Source of the DNA: Macrostomum hystrix
Taxonomy: Eukaryota > Animalia > Platyhelminthes
Length of the DNA stretch: 64,000 nucleotides
Reading direction: 5' to 3'
Assembly: GCA_950097015.1 (NCBI GenBank)
Contig: CATNEN010000037.1
Coordinates: 1,860,001 to 1,924,000, forward strand
Shown: positions 1 through 12,663 of the stretch, piece after piece
Layout of the letters: the number at the start of each line of letters is the position of its first letter
Numbering within the stretch: position 1 is the first letter of the stretch
Program-made: the position numbers and the translations under genes
The notes under the pieces: model-generated
Databases searched by the model: none
What the model saw: the letters and a program-made list of their open reading frames with translations, nothing else
What the model was told of the DNA's origin: nothing

Positions 1-2
1 TG

Positions 3-2472
3 CGCGCCGCCTCCTGTCACCAGCTGGCCGCTGACACTGCCCGTCTGGAACGGCCTGGTGACTCCGTCAACTTCGCCGCCGCCGCTTTCCTAGTGCGTCT
101 AAGTGCAGAATATCCCGACGGCAGCTCGGAGCCGATCCGCATTGAACTGACAGCCGACGGCAAGCCGGCTGGCCAGTTCAGCTTGAAGCCGACCCCAGCC
201 AGCAGTGACGCAGCCTCCGTCGATATGCACTATCCAGCTGGCGTGGTGCTGGAAGCTCGAATCCTGGCTAACAACTCGGTGCTGGAGCCGTCCACCGCGG
301 GCCTGACAGTCATGGATCCGCTGTCCTGCCAGCCGCAGACCATGCGCTTCACTGTCCGGCGCGGTCAGCGCATTGTCGGCCAAGTTGAGCCGCCGGTGCC
401 AGGCGTTGAAGTCTCCCTGATGCTGGATCGCAGCTCCGCGGCCGCCGAGGCGGTGGTCGATGATGGACCTGTAGCCACGTTGACCACCGAGAAGGACGGC
501 CGGTTCGAGTTTGGCCCCGTCCTGGCCGGCAGAGCCTACAAATTGGCGGGCCGCCTCACCGGCTATCGCTTCGAAGAGAAGCCTTGCGCTGAGCGACCCG
601 GCGGAGACGCCAAGAGAATCCTGCGCGCCCACCGGCTGGCTGGCGTCCACGTCCAGACAGGCCTGCCCAGCGTGCTTGTGTCCATGAGCGGCGATTCGGC
701 CAGGTTTCATCAGGCCACGGACGCGGCTGGCCTGGCTGTGTTCTCCGATCTGATGCCCGGCCGCTACTATGTTCGAGGCATGGTCAAGGAGTTCCGCTTT
801 GAGCCGGCCAGCGCTGAGGTTATGGTGAGCTTGAGCACATGTCTTCCGCTATTCTGATAAGCTTCCCTCGGTCAACTCTGGCCTAGGGCCCCATGCAACA
901 CCTCTTACCTGTCTCATCTCTCCCGTGTGCCATCTCTCCCGTGTCTCATCTCTCCCGTGTGCCATCTCTCCCGTGTGCCATCTCCCCCGTGTCTCATCTC
1001 TCCCGTGTGCCATCTCTCCCGTGTGCTATCTCCCCCGTGTGCCATCTCCCAGTGTCTCATTTCTCCCGTGTGCCATCTCCCCCTTGTGCCATCTCCCCCG
1101 TGTCTCATCTCTCCCGTGTGCCATCTCTCCCGTGTCTCATCTCTCCAGTGTCTCATCTCTCTGCTGTCTCATCTCTCCAGTGTCTCATCTCTCCCGTGTC
1201 TCATCTCTCCAGTGTCTCATCTCTCCCGTGTCTCATCTCTCCCGTGTCTCATCTCTCCAGTGTCTCATCTCTCCCGTGTCTCATCTCTCCCGTGTGCCAT
1301 CTCTCCCGTGTGCCATCTCCCCCGTGTCTCATCTCTCCCGTGTGCCATCTCTTCCGTGTGCCATCTCTCCCCTGTGCCATCTCTCCCGTGTGCCATCTCC
1401 CCCGTGTCTCATCTCTCCCGTGTTTCTACTTTATAGTAGACATAAACAAACGCATTTTACACATTCTATGAATTGCGCACTCCTCACTCAGGTGAAGGAG
1501 GGCGAGGTCACGGAAGTCGCCCTACGTCCGGTGCGCACCGGCTACTCCGCCTACGGCCGGGTTGTCTCCCTATCCGGCGCTCCCCTGTCCGACGTGGTAG
1601 TCACCGGCGTGCCGGAGTCCACCTGCCAGCAGGGCACCGAGACAGCCGACACGGACGCTGTTGGCGAGTTCCGTCTGCGTGGCCTGGCTTCCGGTTGCCG
1701 CTACAATGTCTCGGTGCGACCCGGCCAGCCGGCTGTTGATCGCACACTGCCAGCCTTCGAGTCTGTCACAGTGGCCGCCGCTGACGCCACTGGCCTGGTG
1801 TTCTACGGCCTGCCCCGACCAGGCCACACCGACTTGTTTGTCACTGTTGCCGCCGAGAGTCGGGAACAACGCCAATCATTGCACCTGACTGTACACCCGG
1901 ACCTCAGTCCCGGCCGGCTGACCGACGCCTGTGACCTGGCCGACCGGATCCTCATGTACTCCAGCGCTGTGCCAAACGACAATCAATATTATGTTGTAAC
2001 CCTGCACAGCCGCCTGCCCCGCCATCTGTACTCCTTTGCCACCGAGGAGCGGCGCTTCTTATCCAACGGCAGCTCTGTGAATTTGCATTTCGATTTCGCC
2101 GCCGTCAGGCGAATGTCCGAACGCGAGATTAGCACCGGCTCCTTCCTGCTGATTCCGCTGACCGCTCTGGTGCTGCTGCTGGCCCACAAGCGGGATCTGG
2201 TTGGCCCGGCTGTGGCTGCCGCCGTCTCCGGCCTCATCAGGCGGGTCAGAGCCAGCTCGGGCGGCAGCGGCGGAGCCGGCGACTCGCCGAAGCGCTCCTC
2301 AAACGCTGGCGGCGACGCCGGAGGTAGCGGCGGCGGAGGCGGCGGCACCGGCGCCCACGACCCCCTGTCTGACGTGCCCAAGGAGCTGCTTGAGCCGTCT
2401 AAGTCGCAGCAGCAGCAGAAGCAATTGTACTATGTTAGCCGGCGAAAGAGACAGGGCGGCGGTCACTCCTGA
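3..2472 (+). CDS. NOMO: Nodal modulator (NOMO), C-terminal part; exons <3-824 and 1492-2472 (5' end lies outside the window)
   Basis: Frame is open from the window start. Donor ATG|GTGAGC at 824/825 and acceptor CTCAG|GTG at 1491/1492 join ...FSDLMPGRYYVRGMVKEFRFEPASAEVM|VKEGEV...YSAYGRVVSLSG...GEFRLRGLASGCRYNV, which matches the NOMO C-terminal repeats. A TM segment (FLLIPLTALVLLLA) and cytosolic tail follow. Confidence 0.9.
905..1425. repeat. Intronic ~16-bp minisatellite (tgccatctctcccgtg variants)
   Basis: Tandem repeat read directly; fills the NOMO intron and explains the spurious PCAISPV ORFs. Confidence 0.95.
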
Positions 2473-2964
2473 TCTGGCTTAGTGAGCAGCTTTGCTGGCT
2501 TTAGCTCTTCTATTGGCTGCGTTTTTTATTGATAGTAGGCAATTATAAACAGTGTCAACAATGGGGCAGATTGTTAATTGCAATCTTATTATCGTTTAAT
2601 ACCAATTTGCGCTGCATAAGTTTTGATTGCTTACGTCATCCTTTGTTTATTAATGACCGGTGTCTTATCGGTTAAGCATGTTTGAGATCTTCTTACATTA
2701 TTAAAATTGAAGCAACAAATTATCCTTATTGCCACCTGTTTGTACTTTATTGACTGTTTTAAACTTTTGTTTCTTCTTTTGAATAATCTAGCCCAATTGT
2801 GTTTCGCGTTCCAATATTTTATTATTCTGGTCGGATGGTTGGGCTAATGAATTTGACTTTGCTTGTTTTTTCTATTCTTTCTGTTCTGTAATAATCATAT
2901 TAACCACGCAATCCCTAGATAAGATAAGGTATCTCTACCTTCCATAGAGATTATATGGAAGGTA

Positions 2965-4265
2965 GGAGGAGGTAGAGATTAGAGGGAAGATAGGAGGAGA
3001 TAGAGATTAGATAGAAGATAGGAGGAGGCAGAGATTAGATAGAAGATAGGAGGAGGCAGAGATTAGATAGAAGATAGGAGGAGGTAGATATTAGATAGAA
3101 GATAGGAGGAGGCAGAGATTAGATAGAAGATAGGAGGAGGTAGATATTAGATAGAAGATAGGAGGAGGTAGATATTAGATAGAAGATAGGAGGAGGTAGA
3201 TATTAGATAGAAGATAGGAGGAGGCAGAGATTAGATAGAAGATAGGAGGAGGTAGATATTAGATAGAAGATAGGAGGAGGTAGATATTAGATAGAAGATA
3301 GGAGGAGGTAGATATTAGATAGAAGATAGGAGGAGATAGAGATTAGATAGAAGATAGGAGGAGGTAGATATTAGATAGAAGATAGGAGGAGGTAGAGATT
3401 AGAGGGAAGATAGGAGGAGGTAGATATTAGATAGAAGATAGGAGGAGATAGAGATTAGATAGAAGATAGGAGGAGGTAGATATTAGATAGAAGATAGGAG
3501 GAGGTAGAGATTAGAGGGAAGATAGGAGGAGATAGAGATTAGATAGAAGATAGGAGGAGATTGATATTAGATAGAAGATAGGAGGAGGTAGAGATTAGAT
3601 AGAAGATAGGAGGAGATAGATATTAGATAGAAGATAGGAGGAGGTAGAGATTAGATAGAAGATAGGAGGAGGTAGAGATTAGATAGAAGATAGGAGGAGA
3701 TAGAGATTAGATAGAAGATATGAGGAGGTAGATATTAGATAGAAGATAGGAGGAGGTAGAGATTAGAGGGAAGATAGGAGGAGGTAGAGATTAGATAGAA
3801 GATAGGAGGAGGTAGATATTAGATAGAAGATAGGAGGAGGTAGATATTAGATAGAAGATAGGAGGAGGTAGAGATTAGATAGAAGATAGGAGGAGGTAGA
3901 TATTAGATAGAAGATAGGAGGAGATAGAGATTAGATAGAAGATAGGAGGAGATAGATATTAGATAGAAGATAGGAGGAGGTAGAGATTAGATAGAAGATA
4001 GGAGGAGGTAGAGATTAGATAGAAGATAGGAGGAGATAGAGATTAGATAGAAGATATGAGGAGGTAGATATTAGATAGAAGATAGGAGGAGGTAGAGATT
4101 AGAGGGAAGATAGGAGGAGGTAGAGATTAGATAGAAGATAGGAGGAGGTAGATATTAGATAGAAGATAGGAGGAGGTAGATATTAGATAGAAGATAGGAG
4201 GAGGTAGAGATTAGATAGAAGATAGGAGGAGGTAGAGATTAGATAGAAGATAGGAGGAGGTAGAG
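2965..4265. repeat. 28-bp purine-rich minisatellite (agattagatagaagataggaggaggtag)
   Basis: Direct tandem array, roughly 45 copies. Confidence 0.95.
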
Positions 4266-4764
4266 ATTAAATGAAAGATAGAAGGTAGAAATGAGATAAG
4301 AAGTGAGAAGGTAGAGATAAGAAATGAATAGATATGGTATGAGATCAGACATTTAGGAAGAAAACGAAATAAAATTATTTCACCAATTACAACTATCGTC
4401 TTAGCTTTTTGTTATTGTTGGATTATTTAGCTTAATTTATTAACTACAGTGTCGCGCATTGTACTTTTAGAAGTAGCTTTTTATTAAGCATTTTAATGCT
4501 TATTTGGTGTGTATTTAAGTCAGTCTAGATAATTTTTCGCTATTTCCAGCTTTATGAAAGATGCAATTTTTTATCTTAGTGGCATTCTTTGAAATAATAA
4601 ATAAACTGGGAGTCAAAGTCCTGATCATAGGGTTTACTGAGAAGGAAATAATGGAATTGATGGCGGGCATGCTAATTGTGTCTGATGCAGGCAGCAAAGA
4701 ATATTTATGTTGCACTTTTTTGTTTGAATCTAAATTATTTTCGCTACCTTTGAACCTCCTAGAG

Positions 4765-5490
4765 AATTGCCCCACCCAACCGCCATGAGAATCGCCCCAA
4801 CCGCCATGAGAATCGCCCCAACCGCCATGAGAATCGCCCTAACCCGCCATGAGAATCGCCCCAACCGCCATGAGAATCGGCCCGACCCCCTAGAGAATCG
4901 GCTCAACCTCCTAGAGAATCGCCCCGACAGCCGTAAGAATCGGCTCAACCTCCTAGAGAATCGCCCCAACGGCCATGAGAATCGGCCCAACCTCCTAGAG
5001 AATTGCCCCAACCGCCATGAGAATCAGCCCAACCTCCTAGAGAATTGCCCCAACCGCTATGAGAATCGGCCCAACCTCCTAGAGAATTGCCCCAACCGCC
5101 ATGAGAATCGGCCCAACCTCCTAGAGAATTGCCCCAACCGCCATGAGAATCGGCCCAACCTCCTCGAGAATCGGCCCAGCCTCCTCGAGAATCGGCTCAA
5201 CCTCATAGAGAATCGCCCCAACCTCCTCGAGAATCGGCCCAACCTCCTAGAGAATCGCCCCAACCGCTATGAGAATCGCCCCAACCGCCATGAGAATCGC
5301 CCCAACCGCCATGAGAATCGCCCCAACCGCCATGAGAATCGCCCCAACCGCCATGAGAATCGGCTTGACCCCCTAGAGAATCGGCTCAACCTCCTAGAGA
5401 ATCGCCCCGACAGCCGTAAGAATCGGCTCAACCGCCAAGAGAATCATCCCAACCTGTGAGAGAATCGTCCCAACTTGTGAGAGAATCGCC
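4765..5490. repeat. 21-bp minisatellite (gagaatcgccccaaccgccat / gagaatcggcccaacctccta)
   Basis: Direct tandem array; source of the HENRPNR repeat ORFs. Confidence 0.95.
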
Positions 5491-6329
5491 CCTAACATCC
5501 AGGATACCTAGTTCATCGCCACTAGCAAATAATTCCTAGTTTTATTGTCCCCTACCTGACAGAAAGGAAAAAGTCATGCTTATTTCACCTTGGATGTGCT
5601 GAAATTTGTCTGTTTAGAGATAGGCCTCTTACCATAGCTATTTAAACGATTGCTTCCATCTGATTAAAGTTTATATTCAAGGTGGCAGTGTCTTGTAACA
5701 TTATTAAAAAGGCTCGCTTAAGTTGCGTTGATGGCAATTCTTGAGCACTCCATTGCAGCTAGTTTTTTAGCTTCTCTTCCTGCTCAAGCCAGGCCGACAG
5801 TCCGGTTGAACGTCCCAGTCTCCTGCACTCAACCCCAACCCTGCCTGCTCCAACTCTTCTCTCATCCTAGCCTTTCCCGCTCCCCTGCAGACAATGGTTG
5901 ATTTGCTGCTGCTGCTGTTGCTACTGCGGGCCCACTGTTGCTATTGCCGTCTTCCTTGTTTTATCTGCCTCTGGCTTTCCACCCCTGGCTCTCCGTGACT
6001 CTAACCTTAATCAGCTTTGTTGCACATTTTCTCCACACTTAGAACTCAAATCGGTCAGTCAGCTGCTTTGGCTTTTCAGCTAGTCTGAATGATTTGACTG
6101 CCAATTTTCTTGGATTTTGTAAGTCTAAGCTTTTTAAAAAGTTTTTCTTAACTTAATAGCGACTCGCTCTTTCTCAGCAGCAACAGTATTAATCTCCCTT
6201 AGCTGCCCTTCTCCTCTCCTCTCTCTCCCTCTCCTCACACTTCTTCTCACTCTCACTAGCACTCTCCCTTACTTTATTTGTCAATCTCCCCTTGCCATTT
6301 ATCTTCCTTTACCCTCAATAAGATTAATG

Positions 6330-6670
6330 CTAATAATTGCAGCAGTGCTTTGGGCACTCGAATATCATTTGGTGACAATGGACCCGCAGCCAGCGAGGAG
6401 GCAATTCTGCCCATTTTGCTGACTCCTGAGCACACACGCTCACAGATACTGTACGCAGGCATACGCTTACACAGGTGTGTACATCTGCCCTGACTTTCTC
6501 ACCTTCAGGCAGTGTACACTCTCACTGTGCTTTGGCGGTCACGCCCTCAAAGGCGCAAATTGCACAACAAGCCCCCCAAGCCTTCTCTCCGTGGCTGCGC
6601 CCTAAATAAATGTGTCCTCGCCGCGGAATCGAGCTCAGGGACCATGTTGCGAGAGACAGACCCTGGCCTT
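6330..6670 (-). mobile_element. tRNA-derived SINE, copy 1
   Basis: Reverse complement aligns with the 18292-18632 copy over ~330 bp, including the head ctcgcaacatggtccctgagctcgattccgcggcgagg with a B-box-like GCTCGATTCC. Confidence 0.75.
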
Positions 6671-7257
6671 TCCCTCCCAGCTCATAAATACGTTGAGTGC
6701 TTTAGTTTGAATGCCGATTAAATCGATATATTATGCTATTTTGTAGCCTACAGGGGCCTATGACACAACAAGGGGAATCTTACTGACTGGCCCATAGTAG
6801 AACTACGACAATTTTACACAACTGCAGCAAGAGAAACAGATTAGCTGGACCTGGCCCGGGTCCCCTCACAAATACGCATGCAATCGCGGCAGCTGTTCCT
6901 GCTCATACCCTATGCTTCACTAGATCCCTAGATTGGATTCGAGGCACGTGTACGCAGCTAGCAACAATCGATTGGCTAATTCTCCCATTCCATACCACAC
7001 GGTCCAAATTGTGTGCTCTCGCCTTCGCCGCGGGAGCGTGACAACAGAAATCATATTTTAGCTCCAAGACGCGTGTGTCACAACTTTCTAGCCTCATCTG
7101 CATCTGTCACAGATGATTGACTGTCTGAATTGTCTAAATAAGTTTTATGTGCTTGATAATTGAGTCAGATTCGGAGTAGTAATCAGCCTCCCCACTGAAA
7201 CTTTACAGACTCGAAACTTTGATTGGTCAAAAAGTGCAACTGGCCTACCCTGTACCT

Positions 7258-7475
7258 AGGGATGTGAATGGCGGTCTAAACGCGTTTGCCTCTCGCACCA
7301 AGGTCCCTGAGCTCGATTCCGCGGCGAGGCCATATCTATTTAGGGCGCAGACGCGGAGAGAAGGCTTGGGGGCTTGTCATGCAATTTACGCTCTTGAGGG
7401 CCAACCTCTAAGGCGAGATTGTACACTACCAGAACATGAGAAAGTCAGGCAGATACACACACCCCTGTGTCCGCG
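7258..7475 (+). mobile_element. tRNA-derived SINE, copy 2 (3'-truncated)
   Basis: tRNA-like head gcgtttgcctctcgcaccaaggtccctgagctcgattccgcggcgagg, followed by the shared body gcggagagaaggcttggggg. Confidence 0.75.
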
Positions 7476-7819
7476 GACTGAAAAGCTGGGCTAGGTGAAA
7501 TTTCGAACTATCAAGAAAGAACCATATTAAAGGTATCTATCACAAGCTAGAATTTACTGTGCAAATGTGCAAATTGTTGTGCGTCACATAAAATTAAGCT
7601 TTGATTCCCACGGTCTCCCTAGGCCAGGGTTGAACTATTTGTTTACTAAAACGAGACTGTTAAAAGCTAAGAAATTAGCATTTTACCGTTGCATATGTGT
7701 GTTTAGCATCGCATTGTGCTTCAGAATCGGAGGCTGAACCTGCTGGAACTGCTGTTGTAAGCTTCTCACGGTCTTGCCCGCACCAGTGTGCTCGCGGCCA
7801 AGTGTAACTGATTGCTCTA

Positions 7820-8077
7820 ATGACACCGCCGCTGCTCCTGCTGCTGTTGCTGTGCCCTGTCGGCCCAATACCGACTGTTCTAGCAGCCGCTGTAGATAAT
7901 GCCCAGCTGTGGATCGTAGCTCAATCTCCGCCGTCGGTCAGGCCGCAGCCTACTTTGGCTCCGAGTTCAACTACGTCAGAAGGGATGAAGCCAACATCGG
8001 TTGTACTCATAGTGGCTTTACTCATCAGCATGGCTTTCATCTTCTGTTGCGTCTGCTTTTGTCTGTTTAGAAAGTGA
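7820..8077 (+). CDS. Putative 85-aa type-I membrane microprotein
   Basis: ATG, Leu-rich signal peptide (LLLLLLLC...VLA), S/T/P-rich stalk, TM helix (VVLIVALLISMAFIF), Cys cluster and RK stop-transfer. GC-rich relative to flanks. A weak donor (AA|GTGATT) at the 3' end could extend it. Confidence 0.55.
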   Translation: MTPPLLLLLLLCPVGPIPTVLAAAVDNAQLWIVAQSPPSVRPQPTLAPSSTTSEGMKPTSVVLIVALLISMAFIFCCVCFCLFRK

Positions 8078-8214
8078 TTGCTTTTTTCAATTAATATTCG
8101 TCTATCGTTTGCCTCGTATCAGATTGTTACGTTTAGAAACTAAAATTTGTAACAAAACAAACTCACCATTCGTACCATTGCATGTAAACCTACTTTCGAT
8201 TCACTTTATTTTTG

Positions 8215-8455
8215 ACTGGGCTGTGAGCATTGGACACATCATTCGGTTACAGTGGACACACAGTCAGCGAGAGACAACAATTCCACCCATTCGGCTTACT
8301 CCTGAGCACACACGCACACAGGAATGTGTACATCTGCCTTGATTTCCACATTGTCACGCAATGTGCACTCTCATATTGTCCATTGGGCCCTCTAGGGCGT
8401 AAATTGCACGACAAGCCCCAAAGCCTTCTATTCGAGACTGCGCCGCAAATCAATG
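8215..8455 (-). mobile_element. tRNA-derived SINE, copy 3 (diverged, head missing)
   Basis: Aligns with the body and 3' half of copies 1 and 4 (actcctgagcacacacg...aaattgcacgacaagcccc). Confidence 0.7.
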
Positions 8456-8894
8456 CGGCAATGCTAATTATTTAATTAATTACTAACCCAACTATTGAAA
8501 TTTTTAATTATTAACTAATTGTCAAATCCCTCTATACAGAATGACACAATCTTCTATATTGCATTTCGCTCCATTCATTTAACAATGCTACGCACTCGTT
8601 AATATAAAAAATAAACAACTCATTTGACAAACAAAATTGACAACCTGTCAATCTATCAAACTGTAAATATTGCACTCGTGTCAGTCAAGTCCTAAGTTCG
8701 AATCCTGTGATAGTAAATGGCAAATGCACTGTTATTACAGTGCAGACTATCATTTATTTATTGCAATCACGTGTACTCACGAAAAGAGCACATAAATACA
8801 CTAAATGGCGTGCTATGTTTCGATAAAATAGATAGATAGATAGCTTATGTAGTTAAAAAACTACTCTAGGCTAAAAGCAGTACTCTACAAACAT

Positions 8895-9455
8895 CCTTCA
8901 CACCTTAGCATCCTCCACACCTTGGTAGCATTCTCCAAACCTTGGTAGCATCCTCCACACCTTGGTAGCATTCTCCAAACCTTGGTAGCATCCTCCACAC
9001 CTTGGTAGCATCCTCCACACCTTGGTAGCATCCTCCACACCTTGGTAGCATCCTCGACACCTTGGTAGCATCCTCCACACCTTGGTAGCATTCTCCAAAC
9101 CTTGATAGCATCCTCCACACCTTGGTAGCATCCTCCACACCTTGGTAGCATCCTCCACACCTTGGTAGCATCCTCCACACCTTGGTAGCATCCTCGACAC
9201 CTTGGTAGCATCCTCCACACCTTGGTAGCATTCTCCACACCTTGGTAGCATCCTCCACACCTTGGTAGCATCCTCCACACCTTGGTAGCATTCTCCACAC
9301 CTTGGTAGCATCCTCCACACCTTGGTAGCATTCTCCACACCTTGGTAGCATCCTCCACACCTTGGTAGCATCCTCCACACCTTGGTAGCATCCTCCACAC
9401 CTTGGTAGCATCCTCCACACCTTGGTAGCATCCTCCACAGCTTGGAAGCATCCTC
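8895..9455. repeat. 20-bp minisatellite (cttggtagcatcctccacac)
   Basis: Direct tandem array, ~28 copies, ending just downstream of the minus-strand stop at 9482. Confidence 0.95.
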
Positions 9456-9481
9456 CACGCCTGGTCAGTCGTTCAGCAAGG

Positions 9482-11199
9482 TCAGTCGGACATTGTCAGC
9501 AGGTCGAATGAGATTTGCGTGGCCAGCCCGAGCAGTCGGTCGTCGTCCTCACCCAGCTGGAGACTCTCTGGCTGATTCTTCAGCCGGAAGTACTGCAGCA
9601 TGGTGGGCAGCAGGTTCTCGGTGCTCTGCGGCTGGTCGCAGGCCCGCTCCAAGTAGCGGATAACAGACATGGTCGACTCGGACAGCGAAGCAGCCGCAGA
9701 GGAGGACAGGGGCGTGCCGAGGCCGAGGCGCATCGAGTCGGTGAAGGCGGCGGGGTCCGGAGTGACGGAGCTCCGCAGCAGCACTCGCAGCAGGTCCAGC
9801 AGGCGGTCCTGCAGATTTGCACCAGCCGAGAAGGCCTCCTCCCGGACGCCGCTGTCGCCGAAGCGCAGAGTCAGCTCTCGCACCGCCGAGTTGATGCTAA
9901 ACGACAGACCCGGCCGGCGCCGATGCTCGCCCGTCATGCTGACGTCTTCGGCCAGGTATTCACCGAGCTTCAAAGCGAACTTGGCAGCCCGGCACAGCAG
10001 CGGCAGCGGATCGTTGCAGCCGCGGCTCCGGCTTAACGCCCATCGGCGCTCCTCCAATGTCAGACGGAGAAGCCGCGGCTCCCCGGCACCAAGCAGGAGG
10101 TGGCCGCGCAGCCTGACCCCGCTCTCTTTGTCTTTGATTGTCGGACTCGTCACCCGCAGTTTGCTTGTCGAGCTCATCCTTGTGCGTCAAGATCAACACG
10201 GGAATGCCAAACCAGATGTTGACGCCGCACAGTCGGGCCTGAGAATCGGCTTCATTGGCTCGCCACTCCAGATTGAGTCGCAGCCGCTTTGGCTGGGCCG
10301 CCTCCGGTGGCCAATCACGTCCGGCTTGGCGCCACCAGCCGAGCTGGGGACTCGGCGACAGGCGGCGGTGCCGCCGGCTGCCGTTGCTCTGCAGCAGCAG
10401 AAGTTCTCTGGCGCGCTGGAGAACGGCCACCTCGATAGCGGACGCACAAGCCCGATGGGCGGCCGACGGCTTCGATGGGATGCTGGCCGGTCTGGTGAAG
10501 CCGAACGACAACTCCATTGACCCGGCCTGGCGCCAGCTGGCACAGGCACATCCGGCTGGTGCGCGCCCACTCCGGCAGGTTCACCACAAAGTCCAGCACT
10601 GGAAACTCGCAGGCCAGCGCGGTCTCCTGCGACCAGCCGCCGATTAGGTTGACGGAAGCTCCGCCGAACACGGTGGGAAGATCGGCGCACAGCTGAGAGC
10701 TGACCAGTTCGCTGATGAAGCCAGCAACATCGGCCAGTAGGCGACTGGTCGGCTCGGACTGGTCGAACGCCAACGAGCCGTTGCCGCGCAGCTCGTCGAA
10801 GAGGCTCTGCAGGACCGGACAGCTCTGCTGCTCCTCCGCCAGTCGGGTGACCGCACGGGCCCACTCTGATGTGTTCGGGCCGACTTGTTCGCTGAGACGA
10901 ACCGCTTCCGATGGCAGGTGCCACAGCAGGTACTGCCGGTCGGTTTGGTGACACGCTGAGCACAGATGGTCCACATTTGTCAGCTTGCTGGCATTTATGA
11001 TAGAACTGTTGCAGTTGTTATTGATTGTCAAACTGAATTCGCTATTTGCCTGCTGCTGCTGATGCAGTCGATGCTCCAGGTCTAGCAGACGCTGCCATGC
11101 GCTGCTGCTGTCGCTCGACTGCAGCGGCAGCTCTTCGCCCGGCTGGTCCGAAGTGGCCAGACGAAGCAGCTGCCGCCGCCTTGTTGGGCAGGCCAGCAT
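9482..11199 (-). pseudogene. Frameshifted GC-rich coding region, possibly a degenerate Mab-21/cGAS-like nucleotidyltransferase (pseudogene, or intact gene with assembly indels)
   Basis: Three overlapping minus-strand ORFs (10315-11199, 9960-10517, 9482-10177) each carry protein-like segments in succession: IGGWSQETALACEFPVLDFVV (NTase-like strand), RLRLNLEW...CGVNIWFGIPV, then LCRAAKFALKL...SFSINSAVRELT...LQDRLLDLLRVLL. Coding status is likely; the family assignment is by eye only. Confidence 0.4.
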
Positions 11200-12663
11200 T
11201 TTCTGAATGCCAAGTCAAAGAGTGCAGCGCAGTGAGATTTGCACCAAGTGAAACGCGACGCTTCTCGGTCTTTAAGCACTGCTAAAAATGAGCTGCACAC
11301 TGAAACTCTGCGCCATTGGAGTCAATCTGTGCAAAGTTGTTGCCTGCGCTTTCTTTAGTTTCTTTCCTTTTGCACGAGTCTCTACCGTATATTCTCGCCC
11401 TGTCCGGCTTTTATTTGTACGAGCTGCGCCACTCCTTCGCGGGAGTTGCGATTTGCCCTATAATTAACCTTTTTTCGCGACGACATTAAACCTTGGCACA
11501 TCTCATTTCTATGGGAAACTTTCTTTCCGAAGAACGGCTCGTAATTTATTCTCGCAATTACTCGCTGCATATTTTCTTTTTTTCTCGAAGCCAATATGTA
11601 TATGCAATTTGTCTGAATGCCTCCAGAAGTACCTGTGCCTGAGAGGAAGTGATCACCTGAACCTAATTCGAATTATCTTTTATAATCAGCATACTTCCAT
11701 AACTAAGCCGTTTGTACCGAATTCGCTCGCGGCTTCGTAAAAAATATGACATGTCTCGCGTTAGAAAACTGCTAAGCAATTGAAAGTGAGGAAACAATTT
11801 TCGGAACGAGTAGTGACATTATTTTACTTCTACTAACAGAATAAAAGTGTACCGTTTTTTATCATATTAGACGAATGTGGAACTGATTTTTATATGAGTT
11901 TAATAGTTAAGGTGACTTTAAAAAAATACGCTTTGTATTGAATATGCACTTATCAGTCAGTTCTCTCATGCAATAATTAATGCAAACAATACTTTTAAAA
12001 TGCTATACCTACCCATTTTAAAGCAATTTTCGTTTACGATTTTTAGGTTTAAAATTATCGCCGCAAATTAACGCAAAAATAGCGACGCACTCACATTTTC
12101 AACAATTCCTAAAAAACAATATAAATATATATGATGTACATCATTTCAGAATTATGATACGACAAATAAACTTACAGCAGTGCTACCTATTTTGAAATGT
12201 TTTTGCTCCTAAAAACTCTCGACTACAGCATTTTGTTCCCTGAGTGCGGCTTGAAAATATAACGAGCTATAACGACTATTAGTAAATACCACGTGCAAAA
12301 ATACGATCTGCGTTTTGTCATCAGAGGAAAGTGAAGTTGTGTTAATCAAACTTCCCTACGACCTAACAGTCTTTAGTACTAGAAAAATTTAAGCGCACGC
12401 TGTCTCAATACATTGTATAGATTGTATATAATTGTACATCTGTGTACATAAAAAGGTGAGTTTTTACTTTTTGCTAAAATATTTATTGGCTGAAAAATAT
12501 AGAATTAGAGTCATGTAAATCTCTTTTATTTAAGTTATCGTTTTATACCACTATAAATACATAAAATTAGATTGTTCTTGTTACCATCCACTTAATGCAT
12601 TTTCATGTGGTTAAAGTCAGTTGAACATTCAAGTAAAGGCAAGCTATTTTTTATGGCAGTTGT

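Noticed and set aside
893-1471. Cys/Pro-rich repeat ORFs (also those at 4.7-5.5, 8.9-9.5, 20.3-20.7, 24.7-26.1, 31.8-32.6 and 56.1-56.8 kb)
   Set aside because: Each coincides exactly with a minisatellite and is open in several frames and strands, which is typical of repeat artefacts.
7258-7330. tRNA gene
   Set aside because: No complete cloverleaf, and it continues into a body shared by dispersed copies, so it is a SINE head.
9515-10951. Plus-strand ORFs of 78-283 aa
   Set aside because: Antisense shadows of the GC-rich minus-strand coding region; low-complexity R/S/A translations.
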